DNA of 63,756 nucleotides, the filler included, from Bigelowiella natans CCMP2755 (taxonomy: Eukaryota; Protista; Cercozoa): NCBI GenBank assembly GCA_000320545.1. It is 8 parts of 8 records of this genome, joined end to end, with 100 filler letters (N's around TTAATTAATTAA, not from the genome) between each part and the next. Parts side by side here need not be neighbours in the genome. Positions count along the whole stretch, not along the records: positions 1 to 18,596 come from ADNK01003466.1; 7 more parts are not named here. The stretch is one strand, 5' to 3'. The position numbers and the translations under genes are program-made. The notes beneath the pieces were generated by a model, which did no database searches, was not told the origin of the DNA, and worked only from the letters and a program-made list of their open reading frames with translations. Positions 1 through 13,293 of this stretch are shown in pieces; within the stretch, counting starts at the first letter, position 1; the number at the start of each line of letters is the position of its first letter.

Positions 1-37
1 ACTAAATCCCCCCACCCCCCCCACCCCTCGCTCGCAG

Positions 38-346
38 GTAACCTTCGCAGCAAATCGAGGCCGTTTTGAGGCAAAGCCTACTTATCAGGGCGTGAAGATG
101 CACGTGGGGTATTATGACACGGAGAGGGAGGCTTGGCAAGCTGCACAAGCGTATCGACTACGCACAGGTTGGCCCCCGGCTGCCTTCCCAAAACATATCG
201 TAAAGGAGATTGGTCGCGATTCCCTCCGCAAGGCCGAGAAGGAGAAGGAGGAGGAGGAGGAGGAGGAGGAGGAGGAAGAGAAAGAGGGGGGGGGTGGCGG
301 TGGGCCCTCTCTGGCCAATCCTGCTACTGGGAATCTCTACGGTTAG
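38..346 (+). CDS. Terminal exon of an AP2/ERF-like DNA-binding domain protein (5' part outside window)
   Basis: After acceptor ctcgcag the frame reads VTFAANRGRFEAKPTYQGVKMHVGYYDTEREAWQAAQAYR, resembling the AP2 pattern (G)V...W.A....G...LG.F.TE.EA..A; acidic poly-E tail, TAG at 346. Confidence 0.6.
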   Translation, partial: VTFAANRGRFEAKPTYQGVKMHVGYYDTEREAWQAAQAYRLRTGWPPAAFPKHIVKEIGRDSLRKAEKEKEEEEEEEEEEEKEGGGGGGPSLANPATGNLYG

Positions 347-1562
347 AGAGCTAGAGAAGAGGGCTGTGTGTATGGCGACGGAGCGAGGAAGAAAAGGTAT
401 GGGGACCACGACGAAGACAGGGTGCCTATGATGAAATATTAAGCTCTGATCACAGAGCAGGTGGGAGGCAACACAGCCGTGCGTGTACGCATCCTTGTTA
501 GCAGTAGTAGTGGTAGTACTAAGTAAGTAAGTAGGCACGGGTCTGCTGCCTCCCCCCCTCAGATAGATTACGTTTTGGCTTCTCACCGCTGCTTGGGTAA
601 AGCAAGTTGTTATAGTAGTAGAAGAAATAGCGGAGGTTGTTTTAAAACAGAAGAATTAAATTCTGGCAGCAGAAGAGTTGTAAATTGCGACTTCTCTTCT
701 TGGTAATATTGTAGCATTAGTGTGGTGTAAATTTAAAGTAGTTGCAGTAGTAGCAGTAGTAATAGCGTCGCAGTGTATGTAATGAAAGATGCCTTATCAA
801 TTTAATATTAGTAGCATTTTTCCTAATCGATGTCATCTATTTTGGGGAATGAAGATGCAAACCGGAGCGTGTGATGAACCCCACGAGTTACATAACGGTA
901 GTGCACGCGCGCGTAGCAGCAAGAGCAAGGTTACTTGTATTCAAGCAAGACAAAAGCTTTTCGTTCCCTTGACCTTGGATTTCGATGTAGCAATTGCCTT
1001 CGTCAAGAGGTTATTAACACCAAGAGGCCGTAGTGGAATTAGCATGAGATTCAGCGCGCGGGCGACGCTTGAATTGCACCTTTGCATATATTCAATCTAG
1101 CAATGCTAGAATGCTTTGAACGATTGTAAAGCTTAAATTCAACGACGCATGTATTATGCTGCGTCTATACATTACGTTCACGCGTCACGTACGACACATA
1201 GGACGCAGCAGTCTCATGCACAATAAGATGCATAGACGGAGCCGCTGATGTAATAGCGCACAAAAGCTGCCACAGCAGCACCCATCACTTTGATCACATG
1301 ATGCAACAATCTGATGAATAATGAAGTCACAGGCGGAATGACGACTAGGATGCACAACACCTCTCGGTCCGCATGCATGCCATCATTCATCTATATTGTC
1401 TTGCAATCGCTATCTAGCTATGATGACGCGTAGAAGCTAGCAGGTGTCATGTGACATGAATTGTTGGCACTTACGAACTAGCTTGGGCGCATCTTAGAAA
1501 GATGACTTATTTGGATATGTACACTAATGTATAGATACTTATATGTGCATATATAAATGTAC

Positions 1563-1601
<39 letters not shown>

Positions 1602-1606
1602 CAACA

Positions 1607-2566
1607 TCAACGACTTCGAGGAGAAGCGAGGAAAGCAGAGATTGCTCCAGGAGGCATACACGAACCAATCAGCATGATATCGACTAGCTTTGAGTCGTGC
1701 CTGCGAATGGTAGCGTCAACAGGATGCAGATTTTTAAGAACATTATGGTTCAGTTTCTGAAGTCTTTGAACAAGTGGTGATAATAGTTGCCAGAATCGTC
1801 GGCACAATAGCGGCAATGTCGCCACGCTCTGCAGCCCAAGATACGAGGAGATGTTATTCAGTGCCTTCGCGTCGATCTTCTGGACTATGTTTTGCATCCT
1901 CTCATTCATGATAACAGATACTGGTACTTCGCATTTGGTCAAAGGCGGGGACTGCCTGCAAAGTATCTTTGTGTCGGACTGCTGCGTTGGGTTGTTGTTA
2001 GCTGAATCTGGTAAGTTTCGAGGAGATTGAACGAACAGGAGCGGGGGCAGGTTGTTTCTTCGGAATGTCCTTCGTTGAATAGCTCTACTCCACATGCTTT
2101 TCTTCCTTTGGGCTCTTGGTGGGGGACACAATGTACGTGCTAGATTGGACTCCTCAGTGCTCGCCGTCTGGGTTGTAAGAGGCAACCTCTTCGTCTTGAC
2201 CATTGAGTAGTTCCTCCTGTACGCATACCTTGGAACTTCCTCGCAGGTAAACTTCTGGTCAAAATTATAGTGTTGTCGAGCTAAGGTTTCTTGAATCAAC
2301 CTCCTCCTACCCGACCTTGTTTGCCTCGAAGAGTACCCACTTTCGAACCTAAATCCGGGAGATTTCACCATCATCCTTCCGCAATGCTCCTCTTCGCTTG
2401 CTTCGCCAGTCGAGAAGGCATTTGAGCGTATTTTCCTCGGCAAAAGTGCTCGTTGAAGTTGCGAAGTGCGAGGAAGCGTGTTAGGAGCGGTCCGACGTTC
2501 GAAAAGGCGCGGGGGAGAAGTTGCACGGGACTTCATTCCGGGTTGGCTTGATTGACTCCTCGCCAT
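1607..2566 (-). CDS. Intronless hypothetical protein, R/S-rich N-terminus, possible F-box-like motif near C-terminus
   Basis: About 1-kb open frame free of microsatellites (track starts at TTG 2614; first ATG 2566); IDAKALNNISSYLGLQSVATLPLLCRRFWQLL resembles the F-box consensus. Confidence 0.5.
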   Translation of the reverse strand: MARSQSSQPGMKSRATSPPRLFERRTAPNTLPRTSQLQRALLPRKIRSNAFSTGEASEEEHCGRMMVKSPGFRFESGYSSRQTRSGRRRLIQETLARQHYNFDQKFTCEEVPRYAYRRNYSMVKTKRLPLTTQTASTEESNLARTLCPPPRAQRKKSMWSRAIQRRTFRRNNLPPLLFVQSPRNLPDSANNNPTQQSDTKILCRQSPPLTKCEVPVSVIMNERMQNIVQKIDAKALNNISSYLGLQSVATLPLLCRRFWQLLSPLVQRLQKLNHNVLKNLHPVDATIRRHDSKLVDIMLIGSCMPPGAISAFLASPRSR

Positions 2567-2878
2567 TGCGGCGTCGTCGTTGTTGTGGCGTGCAAGCACA
2601 CGCTGCAATTCCAAGTTTTCTTCAGAAATAGAAAAAAACGCCTCGATTTTTGGACTAAATTCTTTACCTTTGATGTCGCTCGATGTTTTTCCAAGTCAAA
2701 AAAAATCGATCAGCTCGATCCTCTTTTTTAGAGAACTTGTGCGAATTCGCAGAACATTTTGGCCCAAACGCCCTACATTTTCGGATTTTTACAGGGAAAA
2801 ATGCCTGTGTCGTTCAGACCATCCGACCGACCGCGAACGTGCCCTCACAGTACGTAAGGAGAGGAGGCAGACGCCATC

Positions 2879-3445
2879 ATGGCAGCCCCCCCCTCAGCCT
2901 CGCAGAAACTCGAAGTGGGAGCAGCAGTGAAAATGGTGAAATAATGCGAATAGCTCTAGCCAATAGAGTGTGGTGGGAGGGGGGGAGTCGGTTAATGTGT
3001 TGCACGTGGAGGTGATGATTCTAGGTCACGTCAGCTTCTCGTGATTTCATACGATGCGTGTAGAAGGGAAAAGGGGTTATGTCCTTCCTCGGAGCAGGAA
3101 AAGAGGGCGCTGTCGATTCGGCACTTCGAAAGACTATCTTCGCATTGTTAAAGGCGTGCAAGGCTATTTCATACATGCTGCGAACAGACACAGGGGACCA
3201 GAAAGGGTGGGGACTTCTCTGCTACCTCTGCTGATTCATGCTGCTGTAGAAATTGACTTTGTTGTCATTTAAACTTTGTGCAGGACTACCAACGCGTTTG
3301 GTGATGATCAACTGGACACCGATGTTATGGCCGACAAGCTCGTATTTGAACATCTCCAGGTTGTTGTTTCTCTGGGCTCTGGGGTGGGAGAGGGATTGTG
3401 AAGAACGACGCACAGTCTCTCTTTCTCCACAGTCTCTCTTTCTCC

Positions 3446-3542
<97 letters not shown>

Positions 3543-4367
3543 ATCGCTCTTTCTATCTCCCTTTCTCTCTCTCTTTTTCTATCTCTCATTTCTCTCTCAT
3601 TTTTCTCATTTCTCTCATTGCACTTTCCCGTCATTATTAGGCATGCGGCTGCGTGCACACGGCATCCTCCGAGGAAACACCAAAAGAAGTCAAGATTGGC
3701 GGCAAAGGATATTCCGTAGCGTTCGATCCCCTTGATGGGTATGCATGTGCTGCTAAGTCGTCTACGACATATTGTGCACTTCTTTGCTTGCAAGTAGTAG
3801 GAGGGAGAGTGAGTATCCCAATTTACACGTTGAGACGAATGTTCATCTTTTCTGGCGTCGTTGTTGTCGTTGTCGTCATCTTTGCTGCTTGTCCACCATA
3901 TGATTTCTCTACCCACGGTGGCATTCTGCCGTGCCAAAGCGATATCCTACACTGTGCTCGTGGAAGTATAGTAGTTCGGAAAAGGAGCGACGGGGGTCTT
4001 TTTCATATGCATACACGCCTAATCACACGCATGTACTTGCACAGATCCTCAGTAATCGGCAGCAACTTCAGTGTTGGCACAATCTTCGGTGTGTGGCCAG
4101 GGGATAAGCTGGTTGGGATTACAGGAAAGTCCCTCAAGGTAGTCGAGCGAAATAAGGAACCAGTGGAGTCAATGAGGGGGGGGGGGGGGGGGGGGGGGGG
4201 CAGAGGCCTTACTCATGAATCCCCATCAGGGGGCGGGGATGGGGGGTTATGGACCTCGGAAAAAAATAACCCTTGCAGTTGATGGGAAGTTGCAAAACGA
4301 CCCCATGGTTTCTTGTTTTAAACATCCCGATCAACGGAAAGTAGTAGGGAAAATCATCCCCCGGGAC

Positions 4368-4422
<55 letters not shown>

Positions 4423-5972
4423 CTGATATCTTAGGCATTCCAGGGGCACATGAGTTCATGCTTGTTGATGACCGAAGCGCCTTGAATGGTAGCTGGGTAC
4501 ACACGAAAGCTTTCACGAGCATAAAGGAAGGAAGGCTATTTGCACCGGGCAATCTCAGAGCTACGAATGATAACGAGGGATACGCCAAACTACTCGATTT
4601 CTGGTACTTAGACGTAACGAACGATGACGTGAAAATGTAGCTGCAGCATTATAACCTAGCGCAAATGGTGTTTCAATCCGTCGTAATCTCAAAGCGCTAG
4701 TATTGGTGAGGACTGGGGGCATTTCCTGGAATTTGTGTAGTGTAGCTTTTTTATGATGATGTTGCGGTTATATCGATGGTGGCATGTATTATGGGTTGAA
4801 GCTGCGATGGCCTCTTCGGATTTCTCATCCTTTTCGTTTAACTACAACCGCTATAACACGTTAGGAGGACTAATGCATACACTCTACGATATACGGGGGG
4901 AATGGTAGTACCGACATCATCCATCACCAAAGTGAAGAGAGGCCGCCATCATACTGAGACTCTTTCCCTCTCGCTTCTTCTCCTCCTCTTCTTCACTCTG
5001 CCATTTCCCCCCCCTTTTGCGCTGTCTGTGTGTTGGCAAGGTGCCAGATGTAAATCAGATACTCATCAAAGGAAAAGGTGTCTATAGATGAATGTGTATG
5101 ATTCCATACGTCTGTGAGATGGTGCTTGCTTGCAACGTACGTGTCGTTCACAACCGAAATCAGAATCACAATCCCCTCCTTCCCCCCTCCACCTCGCATT
5201 CTTGTCTCACACACACCTCCCATCTCTCCTGAGCCGCCATTGTCCATCTTCAGGTATCTTCGTAAATCCGGTTTCTAAGTCGCACAAAGCAAAACTCCGC
5301 CTCCTCTACGAGGTAGTAGCTGCATGTACATGCATCGACGGATGCGGTTTGGATGTTCTATTGCTATTCTGCCTCTCCGCGTCGTTGTTTTCTTCGTTAC
5401 CTGCATAGATCATATCCCTAATACGGACAATCCCCCCCCCCCCCCCCTTGTCCCACTCACAAACACTGTTGTTGTCGGTGATGCTATTCATGATCGTCTA
5501 TACACAGGCAATCCCGGGAGCGTACATCGTCGAGAAGGCAGGTGGGGCTTCTTCAGAGGGCGATCGCTCTCTTCTGGAGGTGAAGATTAACAGCACCCAA
5601 GACCGCACACAGGTATGGCTGCTGCTTGCTATTGCTGCCTCGTGATACTTGTCAAGAGCTCGATAGATTCCCTAGTGAGCTCACTTGTTAACTGCTTTAT
5701 GGCCACTGCGAGAGCTCTTGGTTCCACTGCCGTCACGCACAGAGAGTCCCTCTGCGATGTTTTGGGCTTGTTTTTTCCCCTAAATGGCGTTGTTGCTTGC
5801 GTGGTGGATGCATCGCGCGCAAGATAGTTTCTGCATGCGTGTGAGCCCATGATTTTACTGTTTCCCCCGACGCACCGCTACTACCCGCCCTCACCAGGTA
5901 GCATACGGCTCCGCAGTTGAAGTGAAAAGATTCGAGGAATTCGTTGGGAAGAAGTATCTATCTAGTCTTTAG
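2879..5972 (+). CDS. SBP: Sedoheptulose-1,7-bisphosphatase (FBPase class I family), multi-exon
   Basis: Stitched exons: [12 protein letters not shown]|[32 protein letters not shown]..|[23 protein letters not shown]|..[18 protein letters not shown]|[27 protein letters not shown]|..YGPR..|[14 protein letters not shown]..|YTLRYTGGM|[13 protein letters not shown]|[14 protein letters not shown]|..EKAGG..DRTQ|[14 protein letters not shown]; these are SBPase hallmarks. Confidence 0.92.
3449..3537. repeat. (CT)n microsatellite in SBPase intron; representative of the many intronic (AT)n, (GT)n, (AG)n, (CAT)n, (TTG)n, (CTA)n, (CAG)n tracts
   Basis: Directly visible perfect dinucleotide run. Confidence 0.95.
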
Positions 5973-7453
5973 GCACACCATCGAGACGTCAGCTGCATTT
6001 CACTTACTCTTCGCTACTCGGTTTGCTAGAAAATGCCATTATTACTAAATATCCGTGCGTGTATACACGATAAATAATCGATGCACCGGCCTCGAATCAA
6101 ACGCCGGAGTACGTCAATTTATTACGTGCACGCTCGATGACGTCGATGTCGCATTTGTCTACTGTTGGTGTTGCATGCAGTCTAGCAGTGCGCAGATGCA
6201 TATTCTAGATAATTCGACATGTGAGCATTCCTAGATTCTCCGAAAGGCAATACTTTGTATGACGTACGTCGTATTGAGTATTGAATGTGCGTGCGGAGAA
6301 CATATATCCCGTCGTCCGAAATCATGCTGCAGTAGAACATGATGGTGATACTATATTCCCGCTCGCTGTGTGCATGCGATGCATGTGCGCACGTACCGTC
6401 CTAGCGTCGTCATTGCCAACGTAGCTTGTACATATCTGCTTCTGCGCCGCGTAGCTATTCATGTGCTAGCTGAGCTGACCTATTGCACATACGATCTAGC
6501 GATGCGCCATCTCCAACGTGCATCTTGGCATTAATTCCGTACCGCTATCTATCTAGCTATATATATGCGACGCATGTATATTAATCTGTTAAGTATAATC
6601 ATGATCGAACGGCCATTGCATATCGTAAACATATAGCGGTGTAATCTGGTCTCTATCTTTTCGATGACGCTCGCGTTGCTTATCAATAAGCCTACACGAT
6701 GCGAATGTAAGCTCTACTAAGCTACTCCTGATGATAGACGCAGTGATTTCATACGTCTATCATCCTGCACACACACCTCGACGTACACGCTAGCTAGCTA
6801 GACACGCAGACTGCAGCTCCTCTACATAAACTGCAAAATATGATGACAAACATCACCATGTTTCTACACATGAAATATTTGCATGTATGGGGTGAGAAGT
6901 TGATCCATATGGCGCCGCGCAGCAGGACGACCACCATACGGTGAGTTTTTATGGGTTAATGACGAGAAATACATGTCGCGGCCTAGTTCGCACTGCCTTT
7001 CCTTTCTTTCCATTCCCCCCCCAACCAACCCACGCTTCGATGCACTCTTACAATTGTTCTTTCTTCTGGGTTTCGGATGTACTTGTTTATCGTGCATCAG
7101 GCGCCACGAGACTCTTCTGCTCACACAGCGGACTTGAGCAAAGACCCCCCTGCATTTATTAAAAACATGAAAGAGGACAATGCAAAAGCAGCTGAACACT
7201 TTGGTTTTGCACCAGCAGGAGGAAAATGAAGATCGCAGCGAAGGAATGGTGAGAGAGCACACGAGAACTTCCGATTTTCTGCCACTCTCTAGATATCGTC
7301 GTTCGTCTCTTCATTGAATCACCATCTTCCATCTTCTCATTGAAAGAAATACGCGTAAGAACCATCAACCGCAGCATCATCATCAGACACGTCGAGACGG
7401 CCCCCCCCCCCCCCCCCCCCCCCCCCTCCCTTCCCCTCCTGCTCGGTTATCAA

Positions 7454-7868
7454 TCATCTACCTAAGGCAGATGATCGTGGCTCATCACTGGACATCGTTC
7501 CATATTTATAGTCCTCAGCAGATTTTCCCGGAGTTGTGGTAGTCTCATCACCCGTCGTCGCATTGCCTTCTATATCAATGGCGATGCTCTCCCCCCCCTC
7601 TGAGGCACCGCTGGCAGAGAAGAGCTTTCTATGTATTTGCCGTACTATCATCGAGCCCCAGTGAAACTGCAGAAGGGTGAGGCCTAAGTGCGCCGGGGAG
7701 GGGGGGGGGAAGGCGAATGGCCGATGAGAATGGCATCGATGGTTTGCTACGGCGGTGAGGAATGGCGAGAAGAAGCATATCTTGCTTATTCTGCCTGGGC
7801 CTCAAACCGTGGCATTGAAGATACACCAAGGCAGGCCGTGGACGTGGATTTATTCTTTACAAATCTTC

Positions 7869-7909
<41 letters not shown>

Positions 7910-8263
7910 CATATCCCCCCCGTTCCCCCTAGTAGAGAGTCTTAGTTCCCAATTTGCGAGGCGCTATTCGGCTTTACTATCTGTTACAACAACAACAACT
8001 ACTACTACTACTTCTACTACTACCACCATTACCTATGTTAGCCATCATGGTGAATATCAGCTGGAACGAGTAACCCCTGCCTCGCGACAATGCGTCCAAG
8101 CTATCTCCCCAAAACTAACATGCAAATCGAGTCTAATCAGTGCGTTGAAAGTGTGTGTGTGTGTGTGTGTGTGGGCCTCTTGGGGATTGATATGGTGAAT
8201 CGTCAAAAGTCCAAAAATGGTTTCTCTATCGATATGAGAAGTGTGAGATCTCGGTTTGGTGCT

Positions 8264-8311
<48 letters not shown>

Positions 8312-8848
8312 ATTTTATTGATTCAGTAAGTGGCATTAGTGGGTAATATACCTGCATCGATATATAGGGCCAGTAAACGACACGAATCGATATGAACAAC
8401 GCCGCAAACATGATCCTGAGCAAGATTTCCATTCAATCACGTATAAAAACTCTCTCTCTCTCTCACACACACACACACTTTGTCTCTCACACACAAACAC
8501 AAACACACGTGGAGACTTGGCAATATTATTTGCATCGATTAACGGCGATCAAACGTGCGCCGCGTGTGCAACCAAACCTCGAGATCTCGTTGACTTGCGT
8601 AAGATATGGGTTGATGGCAGGGTTTCGTAGCCGGGGAAACTCCTTGAAGAACTCGACGAACGTCTGCGATATAGTATATTTGTGCATTCATGGAGAGGAT
8701 GGGAGAGGCAGAGTTGGGACATTGCATATGGATATAGTATTTGCACTCTATCATCGATGAGCCAAGATGCATTTGTATTGTTAATGTCCTCTCATCACAC
8801 GAAGTGGGAGCCCTCCGCGACGATTGCAGTAGAAGAAAACAGACACGC

Positions 8849-8885
<37 letters not shown>

Positions 8886-8983
8886 ATATGTATATATTTA
8901 TAATAAATGTTTCTCATTACCAGGAACACACTCGAAACCTCTGAGACACCGAAGAAAAAGATACCTGTAATCCATACCAGGCA

Positions 8984-9025
<42 letters not shown>

Positions 9026-9232
9026 AGATTGACTTCTGACAGTAACCTTCATTTGGAAGGCAATCATCGATATTATGGCAGCATCATCATCGATAGAGCC
9101 TCTAAATCTTTCTGGAACTTCTTTGGAAAATCTCCTTCAAATACCGCTCCTACATCTATGATTACTGTTCTGCCGCGGCCGTCCACAAATTGCACATTTA
9201 ATATATCAAATTTATTTAAACTATATGTATGT

Positions 9233-9267
<35 letters not shown>

Positions 9268-10045
9268 ATAACATATATGAACGTTCAAAGGGGAGGGGGG
9301 CTGGCCGCATACTGTAGTATTGGAGAAGGTTGTCGTGATAGGACCAGAAAGCAAGGATCATCGCTATGAAAGAAGAGACGATGCAACCACATTAAGAACA
9401 TTGCAAAAACAAAAGCAGGGGGGGGGAAGGGGGGGAGTGCAAAGGGGGGAGTAAACGCGATTACGAAGGAAACACAACACACACACACACACACACACAC
9501 ACATGAGGGTGGTTAGATAAAGAGAGCGATGTGTTATTCCTCTTCTTCTTCTTCTTCTTCTTCTTCTTCTCTCTTCCTGGTACCAATGCTGTGATGGGCG
9601 ACTCGATCTGTCTTCCTCAGCGTCTTCTCATATAAGCTAATCACTAAATCATATCTGGCCAACATCGAGCAATAGCACCAACAACAGACAGAAATGTGGT
9701 GAAGGAGGTTAAAGGTGAGGAGGAGGAGGAGGAGGGGAGAGTTCCTCAGTTGTAAAGGAAGTTGGTTGCGTGCTATTTCATATTTAACAGTCGGGAGGAT
9801 TGCGTTGTGGTAGGTGTGAATAGTATAGTAATGCTTTTCTTTCGTGCAGATGATAGTCTCCCCCTCGTGCATACTACATTTGAAAGCTGCAGTTAAACTC
9901 GGCGAGAAGGGAAGCCCCCTCGTGGTAACCGTACACGTGATCTGAGAACAAAAAGGCCCCAGAGTATCGAGAGAGGGGAGGGGGGGGGCATTCAGGGAGA
10001 TGGCCAACATCGACAAGAACAATAAAATGGAATAATTGAAAAGGA

Positions 10046-10082
<37 letters not shown>

Positions 10083-10513
10083 TTGTAACAAATAACCATG
10101 CTCAATTCACGCTGCAACAAATGGAAACCCTCTCAGCAAGTTGCTGCTAATTTGTCCTAACTACCTGTGATCTCGTCTGTCCTATTTGCCCACAGCCAGC
10201 ACCCGAATATCGCACAATAGCTCATGCAAAATAGGAAGCCTGACGGAAACCGCAAAAATTGTCAAACTAACGCCGGGAACACCCACCAAAACAGCCGTAC
10301 ATCGTACACAAGAAAGATCCTCAAAAAGGACATGATGAGAAGAGCAGATGCTAGAGGAGATCGGTCTATCCATGCCGGCAAACACAGCAGCAGCAGCAGC
10401 ACACAGTAATGGCAAGTTGGGGTCGTACATAGTTGATGGGCGGCGAATCCAGAATCCCTACGGACTGGGGACTTGCAGCACACTGAAGAGCGATCCAGAA
10501 CAACAACAATAAC

Positions 10514-10566
<53 letters not shown>

Positions 10567-10595
10567 CAATGGAGGAGGAGGAGCAAGAGCACTAG

Positions 10596-10635
<40 letters not shown>

Positions 10636-11341
10636 CTGACAAAGGCAACGACATCGTTAGAGATTGCATGGGGCATAATCATACAGGCTATCACATGCAT
10701 AGTATCCAAAAGACTTACAGATGAGGCCTTGGAACACGAAATGAACCGAGAAGAGGACGATCGTCGTACACAGAGCCTGCAGTCAATCAACACGCACATT
10801 ATTCGCACCTCCATCAGCAACAAATTCACTGGTTTGAAAAGGCCAACGCCCAAATCCCCTGTCCACTACTCCATCCTACTAGCTTCCCGCGAGCGTGCTG
10901 TCGCCATAGAAGCAGCAGCGCGTACTCTGTAATCCCCCATTGAGCCAGTGAAGGACGAAAGAGTCGTGATCTGTAGGCAATGTGCAAAACCCGCTTTCTC
11001 CTGAAAACACAAAAACCCTCAGCGTTTCAATATACAAGCCATATGGAATGCGAACCGGCCCGTTGGGACTCTTGGTCATTAACAAACCTCTGCAACTACT
11101 GGTGAGGCAACCGGTGGGGAGGAGATACGTATGGAGAATGTGCCCATCATGGTCAGACCTAATTGCATATTTATCGCGCGAATTGGATCGAATATCAAGA
11201 TAACCGGATGTATTTATGCATCGCGACACGCTTTGAAACCCAAATTTCACATGAATTTGAACTGATTTTCGGATCGTTAGAATTCTGTGTGGCCTGCAGC
11301 AAAAAACTCCTCCCGGAAAGACCACATCCATGTACTTTCAT
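7454..11341 (-). CDS. TLC (TRAM/LAG1/CLN8) domain membrane protein, multi-exon; both ends approximate
   Basis: Exons ALCTTIVLFSVHFVFQGLI, GFAAHQL, DHVYGYHEGASLLAEFNCSFQ, YDLVISLYEKTLRKTDRVAHHSI, GIFFFGVSEVSSVFL, LLRIMFAALFISIRVVYWPY match TLC motifs (YD..., HH, E.S..FL, F...F...R). Confidence 0.7.
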
Positions 11342-11532
11342 AAGCTACGACAAGGATGACTCGTTGTCGCTATTGAGAAACGGATTGGAGAAGGAACGGA
11401 TACTGAGGCGAGTGCGCTAGGAGTATCCGATGGTCACGGGATATCCCGGAAAAATCGTAAATTTATAAAAACGATCTGCATTTTTGAGGGAATTGCCAGG
11501 CGACGTGGCCTGTACGAGCGAAGCCGATCAAA

Positions 11533-12437
11533 ATGGAGAAGACGACTACGAACACCGATGCCCCTCCGTCTTCCCCCCCCTCTACGGGGATGGATAAGGA
11601 GGACCTTCAGCTTCACGTGCAGAAGCTAGAGTAAGCTCCTTACTGGATATACATGCGTGTTCAACCTCATCACTGCATCATCATCACCATCATCATCATC
11701 ATCATCATGATAATCGTCATCATCGTGCAATTCTGAGATTTCGGATGTTGTGCTTTCTCCCGTCGGCTATGACTACGCCGCTGCCGACTTATGCAGATTG
11801 GACCCCGAGCAAGTCAAGGTCAGGGACAGGATCAAAGAAGAGCTGAAGAAGGCAATAGACTAGAAGATGCGAGTATACATATACGTGTGTGCAAGTGCAG
11901 TGGATGTGTTTAGTGACGATGTGTGTGTTTCATTTGTCCCATTTCCCCAAGCTTCTATCCTCTATTTAACTGAGATTTCTCTGTCATCATCAACCAACCG
12001 TCCTGTTTCTCCTCCTTACGCAAATAAGCTGATCTTCCCCAACGAATGCTACCGTTGCAGGAAGGGCTTTTGGACAAAGACTTTTGCACCGATGAGGAGG
12101 TGGTGTGTGCGGTGTACGCGCAGCATGTCGTCGATGATTGATAGAGAGTTGCAGAATGAAGCTCGTTGTTATCGAGAAAAAAATTAAATTAAACCAGAGA
12201 TTTCTCTAAGTATGACCCGAGAAGTGACTATGGCTGAAAATGGAGGAAGTCGTGAAGGGGGGGGGGGGAGAGGTAACAGGGAGAACATAATGAGCAGCGG
12301 TCATAAACTTACACGATCGTACCAAATTAGTTGACTCGCTTCTGCAAAGCTAGGAAGTTCGAGTTTAAGAAGGTAGCAGCTGCCCATAGCAGAATGCTTT
12401 CACACTACGTGTGTTGGAATAACAGACACGCCCTCTC

Positions 12438-12491
<54 letters not shown>

Positions 12492-12514
12492 ACACACACT
12501 CTCACACACACAAG

Positions 12515-12546
<32 letters not shown>

Positions 12547-12934
12547 CACACACATACACACACATACACACACACACACACATAAATACATAACACATAC
12601 TCAATCAGGTCTTCAAGATGATAAAAGAAGCTATCGAATGGCGCCGAGTAGCTAAACCTCAAAACCTGCGGTATTTACAGCTATAAACAGTAAAAAAATA
12701 CTACAATTCCCCGCATCAAAATCACTGTCCTTTCCCCCTCTCCCCCCCCCCCCCTAATTTGCATGCCTATGAATATGTAGACCGGACGATGTGGAGGACC
12801 AGAGCATGACTGGGAAGACTTATATAGCTGGTAAAATAGCATATCAATTTCCACAAGATGAGCAATATGTATATCTAAATCATCTATGTTGTATAATATA
12901 GTAGCTATGTAGATCACTGTAAATGTGTATATTA

Positions 12935-12987
<53 letters not shown>

Positions 12988-13253
12988 TACGTGTGTGTGT
13001 GCGTCTTATGTACTATCTCACCTCATCATCTACCGGAGCCATCGTGCTACGATGGAAGCTGATGAAGTGTTGTTCCTGTTGGTGCTGATGTTGGTGGATG
13101 GGTGCTGCTAAAGGAAAGGACAAGTACGGAAGGCCGGTCATTGTAATGGATTCCAGCTGCGAGAATAGGTGTGCATTAGCTGTTAGTTGAACGCCTTTCT
13201 GCATTTGTATCCACAGACCCTCTAAGCGTAGTCGTTGTTGTAAGGCGTGTGCG

Positions 13254-13293
<40 letters not shown>

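Noticed and set aside
4230-4380. Apparent GG splice donor and odd residues (GGYGPRKK instead of the expected GIYGPRTT-like) in an SBPase exon
   Set aside because: Lies between a long G run and an (AT)n tract; base-calling error is more likely than non-canonical splicing
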